64,000 nucleotides of DNA from Octopus sinensis. Its lineage: Eukaryota. Made by a program: the position numbers and the translations under genes. The notes beneath the pieces were generated by a model. The model had not been told where the DNA came from and did not search any database. It was given only the letters and a program-made list of their open reading frames with translations. Positions 51,141 to 64,000 of the stretch are shown here, in pieces. Position 1 is the stretch's first letter; every line of letters starts with the position of its first letter. The stretch covers positions 82,584,001 through 82,648,000 of the forward strand of contig NC_043002.1 of the NCBI RefSeq assembly GCF_006345805.1, written 5' to 3'.

Positions 51141-51603
51141 TCGGGTGTACAAACTATGAAAGCTTGTGTGATTGTGTGTGTGTGCATGTGTGTTTAGGAT
51201 TGTGTGTGTGTGTGTGTGTGCGTGTACACAGATTATAAAAACTTCCTTCGCTTTGTTTGTGTGTTTGGAAAACAGATTTACTATGAAGAAAAACTGGCAA
51301 AAACACACAGAAACTTACTATTGCAACGGCACTCCTTGGTCGGCAACCAGTCAGACAAGTAACAAGACTTGAATTTCATTTTAAAAGAGAAATCCTCGCT
51401 TTCTTCTTTAAATGATCTCTACTTTCTCTCTTTTTCAATAATTTGTATGTAAAATAAAATATAATGCTATCACATTTATACACATGCACACACACACACA
51501 CATACATACTACATACATACCCACGCATTCACACAGACACAGACACACACATACATACATACATATATACACATACACACACACACTCAACAACACACAC
51601 CAC

Positions 51604-51695
<92 letters not shown>

Positions 51696-52075
51696 TACAG
51701 ACACAAAAATTGAAAGAAATTGTATTTTGCCACACATCGTGCGTGTGTGCGAAATTGTTCGTGGCTTTATTATTTTATCTCGCGAAAATTTTCAAATTTT
51801 GTAAAAATATTTCTTATAAATCATACTGTCCGTTTTTTCAAATATTCTAATGTTGAAAGGGAAACAAATTCTAAAAGCAATGAAATTTAACTTTGTAAAG
51901 ATAAACTAGAAAAAAATCCTACAGCGGGTCGGCATCGCATTCAGAGGAATGATTTGATTTCGGTTACTTATTTGCCTTGGAAGCCAGGTAACCGGCCATA
52001 TAAGACTGAGGGCCCTTAAAAAAAAGAAAGCTAAGGTATTGGCGTAATGAACTCCCTTGGAATGGCAGTTGCTGT

Positions 52076-52597
52076 CTTCTTCTTCTTCTTCTTCTTCTTT
52101 TTTTTCTTCTTCTTCATCTTCTTCTTCTTCTTCTTCTTCCAATCAGGACTCACGCCATTCGCCACAGAAAATAATCTCTAATTCGAACCTACTCTAAGCT
52201 ACTAATAATGAGTGTAGAAACTTGAAGATCCACCCACCACACGCGATAGACTGGCGGTTGCACGGGCGCGAAAGCTACGTTGTTATCCTCATTCCGTAAA
52301 CGGTGGCTTTTAACGGGTGGAAAGCTGAACCATCCTGGGGTGCAGAGGATTCGCAATCTAGACTAGTTTACCACACCATAGTGGTTTATACCACACTGCC
52401 TCTGTTTTGTGGCAGAAGCAGGAAGAAAGAGTGAAAGTTGTGGTGAAAGAGTACAGCGGCGTTCACCACCCGCCGGAGCCTTGTGGAGCTTAGGTGTTTT
52501 TGCTCTATAAAATTTACAATGCCCGGTCTGGGAATCGAAACAGCGTTCTTACGACCGCGAGTCCGCTGCCCTAACCACTGGGCCATTGCGCCTCCAC
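52076..52597 (-). mobile_element. SINE family C variant with a different 3' half and a (GAA)n tail
   Basis: 13-bp TSD TGGCAGTTGCTGT at 52063-52075 and 52598-52610; tRNA-like head shared with 29622-29939. Confidence 0.8.
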
Positions 52598-52994
52598 TGG
52601 CAGTTGCTGTTGGGAACCAAGCCTTGAAACACAGACCCATGTCACAAGTATTCCAGACGTAAGTTTCCTGCCTTTAGTCTTCTTCGTTCTTTTTTGCATT
52701 TCTTAGACAAACTAAATATATACTTTATACCGAAAATTAGAAGAACCGTTAGAGCGTCGAATAAAATATTTTGCAATATTTGTTCTAAACCTTAGCGCTC
52801 CAGGTTCAAATCCCAGATAGATAGATACAAAACAAATCCAGGGCAATGGACAGCGGGAACCGCAAAAATATGGGGCCAGATACCGTGTGGTATTTATTTC
52901 AGTTTTTGCTTTCTCATTTCAAATCCCACCATGTCTGCACGCACAAAAAACACAAGATATTCAAGACAGAAATACCATTCATCATGCAGGTTCC

Positions 52995-53370
52995 CAGGAC
53001 GGTGAGCTGGCAGAATTGTTAGCGCGCCGGACGAAATGCTTAGCGATATTTCTTCTGCCGTTACGTTCTGAGTTCAAATTCCGCCGAGGTCAACTTTGCC
53101 TTTCAGCCTTTCGGGTTCGATTAAACAAGTACCAGTTACGCATCGGGGTCGATATAATCGACTTAATCCGTTTGTCTGTCCTTGTTTGTCCTCTCTGTGT
53201 TTAGCCCCTTGTAGGTAGTAAAGAAATAGGTTCTGAGTTCAAATTCCGCCGAGATCGACTTCACCTTTTATCCCCTCGGGATCGACGAAATATGTACCAG
53301 TTACGCACTGGGGCCAATATAAGCGACTAGCCACCTTCCCCCAAACTTTTCAAGGCCTTGTACCTAGAGT
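52995..53370 (+). mobile_element. SINE family A composite
   Basis: GGTGAGCTGGCAGAATTGTTAGC head and duplicated body. Confidence 0.8.
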
Positions 53371-53565
53371 AAGACAATAGCAACGAAAACATAATATGGA
53401 ATACACAACACTACAGACAATAAATATAGGAATATAGGACCGCATTGCATGGCTCTCCCTTTCTCTCTCTCTCTCTCTCTCTCTCTTTCCTTTATCTGTC
53501 TATCAATCTATCTAATTTTATCTCCCATCCATTCGTTCTCGCCCTGTCGTACTTACAAACACGTC

Positions 53566-53617
<52 letters not shown>

Positions 53618-53799
53618 TGGTGTGGTGTGTGTGTGTGTGTGTGTGTGTGCGTGCGCACGATATAATAGAAATATACTCACTTAGATGTCACCATATATAA
53701 AATACAATGTCACAACCGAATACGCTTTTACAGTATTAAATTCGCGTTTATGTGCAGATATATGTGGTGGTGGTGGTTGAGTTTTGTATTTCATATAAC

Positions 53800-53836
53800 A
53801 AACAATGATAATAATAGTATAATAATAATGATGATG

Positions 53837-53906
<70 letters not shown>

Positions 53907-54040
53907 TAATAATAATAATAATAAACAACAACAACAACAAGCAATAATAATAATATAATAATATCTTAATAATATAATAATAATATAATAATAATATAAT
54001 AACAATGATAATAATATAATAATAATAATAATAATAATAA

Positions 54041-54075
<35 letters not shown>

Positions 54076-54090
54076 TAATAATAATAATAA
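53800..54090. repeat. (TAA)n microsatellite
   Basis: Directly visible. Confidence 0.95.
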
Positions 54091-54242
54091 TATGGCCATA
54101 TTTTAACCTTTTGTATTCCGAGAATTGTAATGCTTCGTTGAATAAATATGCCAAGGAATACCTTAAACTAGGTCATATACTATGCAGATTTGAGTGTACA
54201 TATATATATATATATAATGTATGTGTACATTGAATATATATA

Positions 54243-54288
<46 letters not shown>

Positions 54289-54289
54289 A

Positions 54290-54372
<83 letters not shown>

Positions 54373-55574
54373 TATATATATGTGTGTGTGTGAGTATATA
54401 TATACATATATATATATGTGCACACAAAACACATATGTATATTACATATAATATGTGCGCGTACATGTGTATGTGTGGGCGTGTGTGTGTGTGTGTACAT
54501 GGCAGTCTGATGACGGTGAGCAGCCGAAACTACGAAGCCACAGTAAATTTTTTTCTTGTAAAAATTAACAAAAATATATGTACAAACGGCGCATCATCAA
54601 CCGCGGCATGCCCAGCCCTCCTTTCAGCAGGTGTTGACAGCAAACGGATCGCCAGACCAACGGAACGTTTCCTTTCCACAAGAAGCGGAAGAGGATGCGT
54701 TACATTAAAAAGGACTATTTCTATTACATTACATTAAAAAATACTTTTTCTCTATTACATTGGTACGAACAACGAATTAACTACGTATGTTTATTAATTA
54801 GTCAAAACCGATATTTAGATTTTCAAGCACCTCTATCCAACATAAATTACAACTTTCCCAGATTCCTTTATATGGCCGTGTTCTCTGTATAATTGACCAC
54901 GAAATAGAGTAAACATTGTTTCTATATTTATGGTATTTAATATATTTTTCTAGTGATATATAATATGATATGTGCCTATTGCTGAAAGAATATATATGAT
55001 TGCTCCATCGCGATTTGAATGTTGACGCTGTCGCATCTATATAGAAGTATTACTTTATCGAGTGTCTGAACGGAAGATATACGTTTGTCAGGTGGCGCGG
55101 GTTACTTAAAAGGTAATTATGACATCCCTACAGTTACACGTTCTATCAAGCGAGATTTGAACATAGAATGTAAAGAATCGGAAGAAAAACTGCAAAACAG
55201 TTTTAGCGATGGCCTAACGATTCTGCCAGATCACTGACATTTAAAAAAAGTTTCTGATTCAGGTACAAAGCCAGTAATTTTGAGAGAATGGGCTTGAGGG
55301 AAGGGGAATAATCGTCCTCAGTGCATGACTGGAGCTTCATTTTACCGACCTCGGCAGAATGAAAGGCAAGGTTTATTTCGGCAATAATTGAACACAAAAT
55401 GTAGCGAACTGGAAGCTTAAGTAACAACAACAGCAACATATAAACTTAAATATGTTTCGACCAAAGATTGGTCCAGGACATGTTTAAATTAATAGCACCA
55501 TCTGATAAGATTATCTAAATCCTTTTTAATTCAAGGTTTGTGGTATCATAGTCCATTCGGGTAGAGAATTCTTA

Positions 55575-55741
55575 TAGGCGTAGAAGTGGCTGTGTGGTAA
55601 GTAGCTTGCCTACCAATCACATGGTTCCGGGTTCAGTCCCACTGCGTGGAACCTTGCGCAAGTGTCTTCTACTATAGCCTCGGACCGACCTAAGCCTTGT
55701 GAGTGGATTTGGTAGACAGAAATTGAAAGAAGCCCGTCGTA

Positions 55742-55775
<34 letters not shown>

Positions 55776-55779
55776 TGGG

Positions 55780-55822
<43 letters not shown>

Positions 55823-56065
55823 TGTGTGTGTGTGTGTGTGTGTATGTGTGTGTTTGTGTGTCTGTGTTTGTCCCCCAGCATCGCTTGACAACCGATGCTG
55901 ATGTGCTTACGTCCCCGTAACTTAGCGGTTCGGCAAAAGAGACCGATATAATAAGTACTAAGCTTACAAAGAATAAGTCCTGGGTTCGATTTGCTAGACT
56001 AAAGGCGGTGCTCTAGCATGGCCACAGTAAAATGACTGAAACAAGTAAAGGAATAAAAGAGTAAG
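55575..56065 (+). mobile_element. SINE family B, full length
   Basis: GGCGTAGAAGTGGCTGTGTGGTAAGTAGC head through the AAAGGAATAAAAGAG tail. Confidence 0.85.
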
Positions 56066-57212
56066 TTGTATCCAGGTATAGGTGGCTTATCTGGTATTCC
56101 TTGAAAAAATTTGTCCAGATATTAAAGAGATTAGCGCTTATCTGAGCAATGTTTCATGAGATTGCTATGCTGTAGAATGGTTGAGTATACCTGTAACCTA
56201 TATTTATTTTATGATTTTATCAGGAGTGAAAACGGTGAAAAGGTTCCCAAAAATTATTTTGTAGAGCTTCGATGAATGAGGGTGGGGAATAACACGACTG
56301 ATTTGTTGCTGCTCTAAGAAGTATTAACATTATAATATCAAGTACTTTCCTCAGGTGAGAAACCTAATCAGAACACTTGTTACAGAGAAGAGTCTGCTTA
56401 ACAGTCAGAGGTGTTGTTAAATTGGGCTACGGTTTAAATACACCACCCTATAACGATAATCATTTGGCAAGTTACCACACAGCAGTGGGGCGTGTGGTTT
56501 TCAGACGTTCAGTGCAGTCTCCAAATTGGCTGAGCCTTTGCTGAAGCATAACATGTATATAGAGTAACCATCCTGTGCGGTCCATACACTCTGCACGCCC
56601 CTACACTGTGCCACTGACACATAGCTAGTTTCTATTAAATTTCACTCATGAGTTCTAGTAAAAGACATTTAATCATGGTGGTGAACTGTGATATATCTAC
56701 GACATAATTACGAAGTATTAAATGTTGAGCCAAAAATCGAAAGAGATATAAACCTCTGATCCGTTACGTAAGAGCGTACACCAACCAACAGCTTTGCACG
56801 ACAATATATATATATATGATATGCATGTGCAACCCACAAGTTCTTTCTGCTGTGAGTACTATATCCGGGACATTTCTTGCAACGAGCTCCAGTTATTAAC
56901 GTTGGTTTATTATTAGTTGTCGGTGGTGTCTCGCTGTCACTAACCAGACAGAATTCCAACTCTTGACTTCGTCACATCCCACTAGTTCATTTCCACATGC
57001 ATGTGTACAAGTACATAGATACATGAATACACACATGAAAATATACATACATATATACACATAGATACATACATATATATATACACACACACACATATAT
57101 ATATATACATATATACATATATATATATACATATAAACACACACATATATATATACATATATGTACTATATAATATACGTATGTACAGGATTGTGAACGT
57201 ATATATATTTTA

Positions 57213-57247
<35 letters not shown>

Positions 57248-57819
57248 GCGTGTGTGTATGCATGGATGTGTATATATGTATATGAGTATGTATATATATG
57301 CAAATATATATATATATATATACGTTAGTATGTATATGTGTTTTTATGTATGTATAAATGTATATGTGTATGTGATGTGTGTGTGCGTGCGTGTGTGTGT
57401 GTGTGAGAGTGTGTGTGTGTGTGCATGTGTGTGTGTGTGCGTGTGTGTGAGTATGTGTGTGATATGAGTATATGAGTGCGTGTGTAAGAAAACTGGTATC
57501 TGGTGAGCCGGTTGATGGGCGGGTTTGACAAACAGGAGTGAATGCTGGGATAGCCGTCTGATGTATTGTAAGGAGGGTGGGAGAGAATGAAGTTGGAAGG
57601 GAGGTAAAATGGATGAATGAGATATGGGGGTGAGTGAGGGGTGATATAATGATTATTTCAGAAACGACAGTTATACGAGCTGAGCAAGTGTGTTTCTATA
57701 TACAGTCGTATACACACACATACACACATACACATCATACATACATACATACATACATACATACATACATACATACATACATACATACATACATAATTGG
57801 TGTCTATATGTATATGCCA

Positions 57820-57867
<48 letters not shown>

Positions 57868-57869
57868 TA

Positions 57870-58235
57870 ACGCAGGAGTGGATGTGTGGTAAGTAGCTTG
57901 CTTATCAACCATATGATTCGGGTTCAGTCCCACTGCATGGCACCTTGGGCAAGTGTCTTCTACAATAGCCTCGAGCCGACCAAAGCCTTGTAAGTGGATT
58001 TGGTAAACGGAATCTGAAAGAAGCCTGTCGGGTGTGTATGTGTCTATGTTTATCCTCCCAACATTGCTTCACAGCCGATGCTGGTGTGTCTACTTAGCGG
58101 TTCGGCAAAAGAGACCGATAGAATAAGCACTAAGACTTACAAACGATCAGTCCTGGAGTCGATTTGCCCGATTAAATGCGGTGTTCCAGCATGGCCGCAG
58201 TCATATGACTGAAACAAATAAAAGAATAAAAGAAT
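57870..58235 (+). mobile_element. SINE family B
   Basis: Family B head and tail. Confidence 0.8.
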
Positions 58236-58369
58236 ATATGCATTTATATATATCTATATATATATGTATATCTATGTCTGTATGTATTTATATAACTCCA
58301 GTTTTACTGTAAATATTTACGCTTTACATACATATTGAGTTCTTTTTCTTATTCTTTGTAAGCTTTTAC

Positions 58370-58456
58370 ATATGTTTTGCGTAAATATATATGTGTGTAT
58401 ATATATATATTATACAATATTAAATATGTATATATATGTATATATATATATATATA

Positions 58457-58494
<38 letters not shown>

Positions 58495-58588
58495 ATGTAT
58501 ATATGTATATATGTAATATATATATATATGTATATATATATATACATATATATCTATATATATACATACATACATACATACATATATG

Positions 58589-58624
<36 letters not shown>

Positions 58625-58720
58625 TGTATATTCGTATGTATTTAATGTGCATATTTGTGTCTGAAAAGGAATAAATGCCTACACATATGTAAAAGTTTAT
58701 TCTGACAGACAATATCCAAA

Positions 58721-58778
<58 letters not shown>

Positions 58779-58816
58779 TGCTGTATGTGTATACACATAT
58801 ATAGGTATGTATACAG

Positions 58817-58849
<33 letters not shown>

Positions 58850-59207
58850 ATGTATAAATGTGTGTTTTCTTACATGACCATAGGAGGTTGCATATGTAAA
58901 GTGTATACTTAATAATTACGTGTGTGTGATGACGTTAGTGTTATGGATAATATACATACGCGTATGCGTGTGCGCGCGGAGAGTGTATATGTTGTCTTAA
59001 CAAAATAACCGTAACCTTGAGAAAGTAAAAAGAAAGAAAAAACATGGTTCTGCATTTTATCTTAACGATTCCATTCAGTGTTTTCCTAAAGTATGCTGAC
59101 AGATACACAAATATACACACACTACGCGCACTCACACATATTTATCCATCTCTCTCTATATAATATATATATAATAAAATATATATATATATATATATAT
59201 AATTATA

Positions 59208-59247
<40 letters not shown>

Positions 59248-59302
59248 CGTATATATATATATAATAGATATATATATATAATATATATATATATATAATA
59301 TC

Positions 59303-59333
<31 letters not shown>

Positions 59334-59533
59334 CATACATACAGAATATATATATCAGCCGAAATTACTACGATGATCCGGTTCTTGACTGAAGACTGAG
59401 GGGTTCGAATGTCCTGTCCATGTTTATTGTATCGTCTTCTATGAGTTATACGTTCTTGTCCATGTGGTATTTTCTACATACCTTATATATATATACATAC
59501 ATACATAATCCATACATACATACATATATATAT

Positions 59534-59578
<45 letters not shown>

Positions 59579-59689
59579 TTATAATATATATATATATATA
59601 TATAATATATATATTTACATACATACAGATTGATATATATAACATACATACATTACATACATACATTAAATATATAATATATACATACA

Positions 59690-59725
<36 letters not shown>

Positions 59726-59726
59726 T

Positions 59727-59758
<32 letters not shown>

Positions 59759-59772
59759 ATGCATATATATAT

Positions 59773-59814
<42 letters not shown>

Positions 59815-60022
59815 CATACATACATACATATATATATATATACATGTATACATACATATATATAATATATATGGATGTATATATGACCGTTTATACGTCA
59901 ACTATCTGCATTTATGCATAGATGTAGGTTACGTATCCACATTAATAAAAAGTCATTGCGAATGTGCACATGTACAGAAAGATTGCTGAATGGAAGGGTT
60001 GGTGGGTGGATATGTATGTATA

Positions 60023-60070
<48 letters not shown>
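58370..60070. repeat. Extended compound (TA)n/(TACA)n microsatellite region with unique spacers
   Basis: Directly visible. Confidence 0.85.
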
Positions 60071-60072
<2 letters not shown>

Positions 60073-60384
60073 GGATGTATTTGTATATACATTCTTCAAT
60101 TTATTTCCGTCGCTGTAGATATCGTCGCCGTTGACACAACAGCTAAATTATGGTAACGTAACAGGCATCACCTTCCTGCCAAATGGTCACACACACGGTA
60201 TGGATGAGCTTTTCCACTGCTTTCGCTGATCAAATCGCCGGACCGGAGGTTGTTGGAGCAAATACATGCCGCATGAGATGCTTTGTGAGGAGCCGCACAA
60301 GATGCTGCGTGAGCAGCCGTGCAATGGAATTGAAGCCAAAACCAGTCCGTTGAGAAGCGAATTTTTTAACTACATTATCGTGCC

Positions 60385-60720
60385 CGTGGCATCTTGGGCA
60401 AGTGTCTTCTACTAATAGCCTCAGGCTGACCAAAGCCTTGTGAGTGGATTTGGTTGGCGGAAACTGAAAGAAGCCTGTCATATTGTGTGTGTGTGTGTGT
60501 GTGTGTGTGTATTTGTGTGTCTGTGTCTCTCCCACCATGGCTTGACAACCGATGTTGGTGTGTTTACCTCCCTGTGTTTACCTCTATCGGCAAAAGAGAC
60601 CGATAGAATAAGTACTAGGCTTACAAAGAATAAGTCCTGGTGCTCGATTTGTTCGACTAAAAGCGGTGCTCCAGCATGGTCGCAGTCAAATGACTGAAAC
60701 AAGAATAAAAGAATAACAGC
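60385..60720 (+). mobile_element. SINE family B (5' truncated)
   Basis: Starts at GTGGCATCTTGGGCAAGTG and runs through the tail. Confidence 0.75.
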
Positions 60721-61519
60721 ATATATGCAAATGAATGCATCCTCTTCAGACAGACCGATTTTATCTTCTAATATATTCAGTGTGTCTGAAGTAACAAAAT
60801 GAATTTATAGAAAAACTTGCTCAAGCTATCATAACTGCTGTGAAAGTGTTTAAATACATAATATATAGACAAAAACATCTCCTTCGACATCCTTTCCCTC
60901 TTTTGTCTCGTACTTCTGAGTTTAAATGGACTCAGATGAAGACATCACTCATCTTTTTTTCGTGCTCCCAGTTTCGGACTTTCTCTAATATGCAACAGCC
61001 ATATCTGTGCTAAAGCTTCTCCTGCTTTCCTCTACTCTCTGCCAATCATTGTATCACTGGTGTGCCATCCGTCCTAAACCAGCCTGACAGAATATCGTGG
61101 ATCTTCTCGGAAACCGACTGTACATACTTCTACTGGAAGAACAGATTCCATAACTCCATATTTTACATCCGTTTTAAAACGTCTGGATTCCCCACAGTTT
61201 TCATCTACCAAATTCAACTTAGAAGGAATTGGTCGACTCTATTCATGTTTCATATGTATTTTTTCCAAAGTGACTGAACTGGAAACTATGTGATTGCGAA
61301 GCAAACTTCTAAACCACGCAGTTATAATTTTACAGTTTAAGACACGAACTTACGCGCTAGGATTGATGCTATTATTGTGGTGGGTCTTATTCACTGCGGT
61401 GATGTCTGTAACGGAAAAGTTATTTAGGGATACACAGCACTGAGCATGTCAAATGACTGTTACTGGTGCTGTGATCAAATGTGACTTTTTAGCCCAGCTA
61501 AAGATCTACAATGTCTTGT

Positions 61520-61800
61520 ACAGAATTGGCAGCTAAAACCTTTACCGGTAATAGCCGGCTGTAGTTGTAACTGGGCTTCATGTACCTTTGCATGTCGTTT
61601 AAGTCCTCGCGCCAGCTGGGAAGTGGAGGTGGGAGGAGGACATCGAGAATTAGCTCACCCTCTGGACACCGGGCCGCATGACCGAACCACCTTAAGCGCC
61701 GTTGTAGAAGCACCGAATGGAGGAGCTGGAGATTCAGGCGACGACGAAGACCGGCTGTAGGAGCCCGATCAATGCGTCGGCAGCGAAGAATGTGGCGGAG
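61520..61800 (-). pseudogene. RTE-clade LINE 3' fragment
   Basis: LRHILRCRRIDR..LRRRL....LLQRRLRWFGHAAR.PEGELI..VL.P.P.P.WR. Confidence 0.75.
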
Positions 61801-62379
61801 ACAGTCAAATGTAGATATATAGACAGATAGGTAGAAAGATAGACAGTTCAAAATCATTTCTACTTCCATTCTTCCCATTGATCGTCCAACCAATAGACAC
61901 GTGCACACGTATATATATGAAATAGTCAAATATCCCAAATGTTTGATAAGCAGATACTTCTCAAAGCGCCTACATTTCCCGAAAATATTTGATTTGATAT
62001 TCAAGTAGAGACCATTGTTACGTAGATATTTTAGGGTGAATTGTTTGGTGCTATGCCAAATTTTCTTTATTTTCTTATAAATCTTCCATTTGATGCTGCA
62101 ATTGGAAGAGTTCTCTTTTAGTTGCCAAGTGTAGCCGGCTATTCTAATTTCAATGTATTTTAAAGCTGAAGTATAGTTGTATCACATCTGCTTTAACTTC
62201 CTCCATTTTTGCCTTTATATCGTTTACATGAAATGGCTTGCGAAAATTTTTAGTGGGCATGCGTTGGTATTTCTGAATGAGCATATGGCTTTACTTTTGT
62301 TGCTGGTGCATGTGATACCATGTTTTGAATATTTGTAATAGAACTTGATATTTTAATCAAGATTAATTAGCTTAATTTA

Positions 62380-62505
62380 TGTGGGGGACAGGAGGCGTGG
62401 AGGTCTCTGCCCACCGACGCTTCTAGGCATGACACATGAAGAAGGAGCTGGGGAAGAAGGGGTGAAGAAGGAGAAGGAAGAAGAAGAAGAAGAAGAAGAA
62501 GAAGT
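62380..62505 (+). mobile_element. Probable RTE extreme 3' end with (GAA)n tail
   Basis: GACAGGAGGCGTGGAGGTCTCTG..GACGCTTCTAGGCATGACACATGA (DRRRGG/DREAWRSL-like, then stop) followed by GAA repeats. Confidence 0.45.
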
Positions 62506-62989
62506 CGACGACGACGACGATGATGATGATGATGATGATTACATCTGTTAAATAGTTTTCAATAATAGGATTGGTTGAGATGTGTTTATATTCTAAGGTT
62601 AGAAATGTTTTTAGAATATTCGCTCTAACAAGTGTGCGTAAACCGTTTGGTAATATAGAGCCATTTGTTACTTTCGGGGACGAAGTTAGGGAATTAAATT
62701 TCTTTTGCCTAAGAATAACAGGGGAACAAGAATTACAGAATTAACTTCATAAGCTTACGGCTGTTTCTGCTTTAAGAAGCAGTACACTCAGGGCTGAGTG
62801 CATATGCATATAACTTCTCGAAGCTATACGTACATGTAAGCGAAATCTTAATGTGTGTGTGTGTGTGTGTGTGTTACACACATAAGCGACCGAAAGTGTA
62901 TAAGCAACCGAAAGTTCAACTCTTCTGCTGAACGGAACAGCAGTGCATCTCAGGGTTTAACACCCACCTGCTGCCCGTCCTCAATTTCA

Positions 62990-63105
62990 TTTGAGGCTAT
63001 TGAAGTAACATGAAATGCTTTGTTCAAGAACACAACGCACTGCCCGGTCTGAGAATCGAAACAATTGAGAGTCCAATTCCCTAACCACTCGGCCACGCAC
63101 CTTTC
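62990..63105 (-). mobile_element. Degenerate SINE family C-like head
   Basis: Reverse complement of GTGGCCGAGTGGTTAGGG...GTTTCGATTCTCAGACCGGGCAGTGCGTTGTGTTCTTGAAC. Confidence 0.6.
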
Positions 63106-63514
63106 CAGGTGTTGTGTATGTGTATTTCAGGATTTCTTACCAATAGAGAAAGAGCCGGTTTCTAACCTAGATCCAAGGCTCCTTCGTTGAAATTTGAACA
63201 TCAACAGGACAGTTTTTCAAGCTTGTATGTATACGTGAAGTATTTGGAGTCAGTGTATGAGCAGATTTGTATGTTTTGTTTTATATATTCTCTTACATAT
63301 AGTTACAAGTCTAGACATTCGCATATACACTTAAATGATAAACTCCTGGAAAGTTTTACAAAATTTTACAGTTCTAGTGATGGCTCACATCAGTAGTCAT
63401 CGGATCAACTTTCTCCTTTCTGGTTTTGAGAAACTTAATTTCTAAAGATTGGTGCTTAGACAGTGTGTTACGTATCCCAGTGTGCCAATAGTTACAGGCA
63501 TAAACCTGAACATG

Positions 63515-63545
<31 letters not shown>

Positions 63546-63554
63546 TGTAACTAA

Positions 63555-63750
63555 GTGTGTATCGTTGGCTATTTTTTTCCTCTCTCCTCCCTTTCTTGGA
63601 CTTACCTATATTTCTGATGAAGAGCTTTGCTCGAAACGTGAAATCCTTTCTTGTCTTTCCTTTCCTGAGCGCCTGATAACACAGTACTTGTACCACGTCC
63701 TCGTGTTATTGTTTTTTTCTTGTTTGTTCTTCCTTGTTTGGATTCACTAT
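63555..63750 (+). mobile_element. Penelope-like pLTR remnant with hammerhead-like motif (63610-63644)
   Basis: ATTT-CTGATGA-A-GAGC(TTT)GCTC-GAAAC-GTG-AAAT; homologous to 41895-42105. Confidence 0.6.
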
Positions 63751-64000
63751 GTATGTATGTATGTATGTATGTATGTATGTATGTATGTATGTATGTATGT
63801 ATGTATGTATGCATGTATGTATGTATGTATGTATGTATGTATGTATGTATGTATACAAGAAGGCATAGCTATTGATCGTAGCAGGTGGAGAAGGATTGTG
63901 CACGAGGGGACAGCTACTTTTGAGAAATCTCGAGTTGCGCATGAGAAAGTAAAGAGGGATGTCAGGAAGAGCATCGCTGTTACACTTCCAGATGGGAAGG

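Noticed and set aside
54507-54550. CTGATGA...GAAAC hammerhead-like core
   Set aside because: Stem II is imperfect and helix I has only 1 bp, so it is not supportable alone.

Overview
Repeat-dominated, AT-rich eukaryotic DNA, most likely cephalopod (Octopus-like). That assignment is an inference from the very high (TA)n/(CA)n/(TACA)n/(TAA)n content and the tRNA-derived SINE families. I cannot support any host protein-coding gene, rRNA, true tRNA or CRISPR array; most ORF-track entries are microsatellite translations. The window holds one near full-length RTE LINE, two full-length Tc1/mariner transposons with TIRs, a rearranged mariner, RTE, CR1-like and L1/Tx1-like relics, a non-autonomous Helitron, several MITE/foldback elements, more than 20 SINE copies, four tandem arrays (~490, ~180, ~33 and ~22 bp units) and a 100-N gap. 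The most striking structure is a nested insertion at 18250-24939. An 11-copy 180-bp satellite, a spacer and the RTE together sit between one 12-bp target-site duplication inside a SINE, and that SINE is itself bracketed by a 106-bp direct repeat. Four dispersed Penelope-type minimal hammerhead-ribozyme motifs with covarying stems are also visible.
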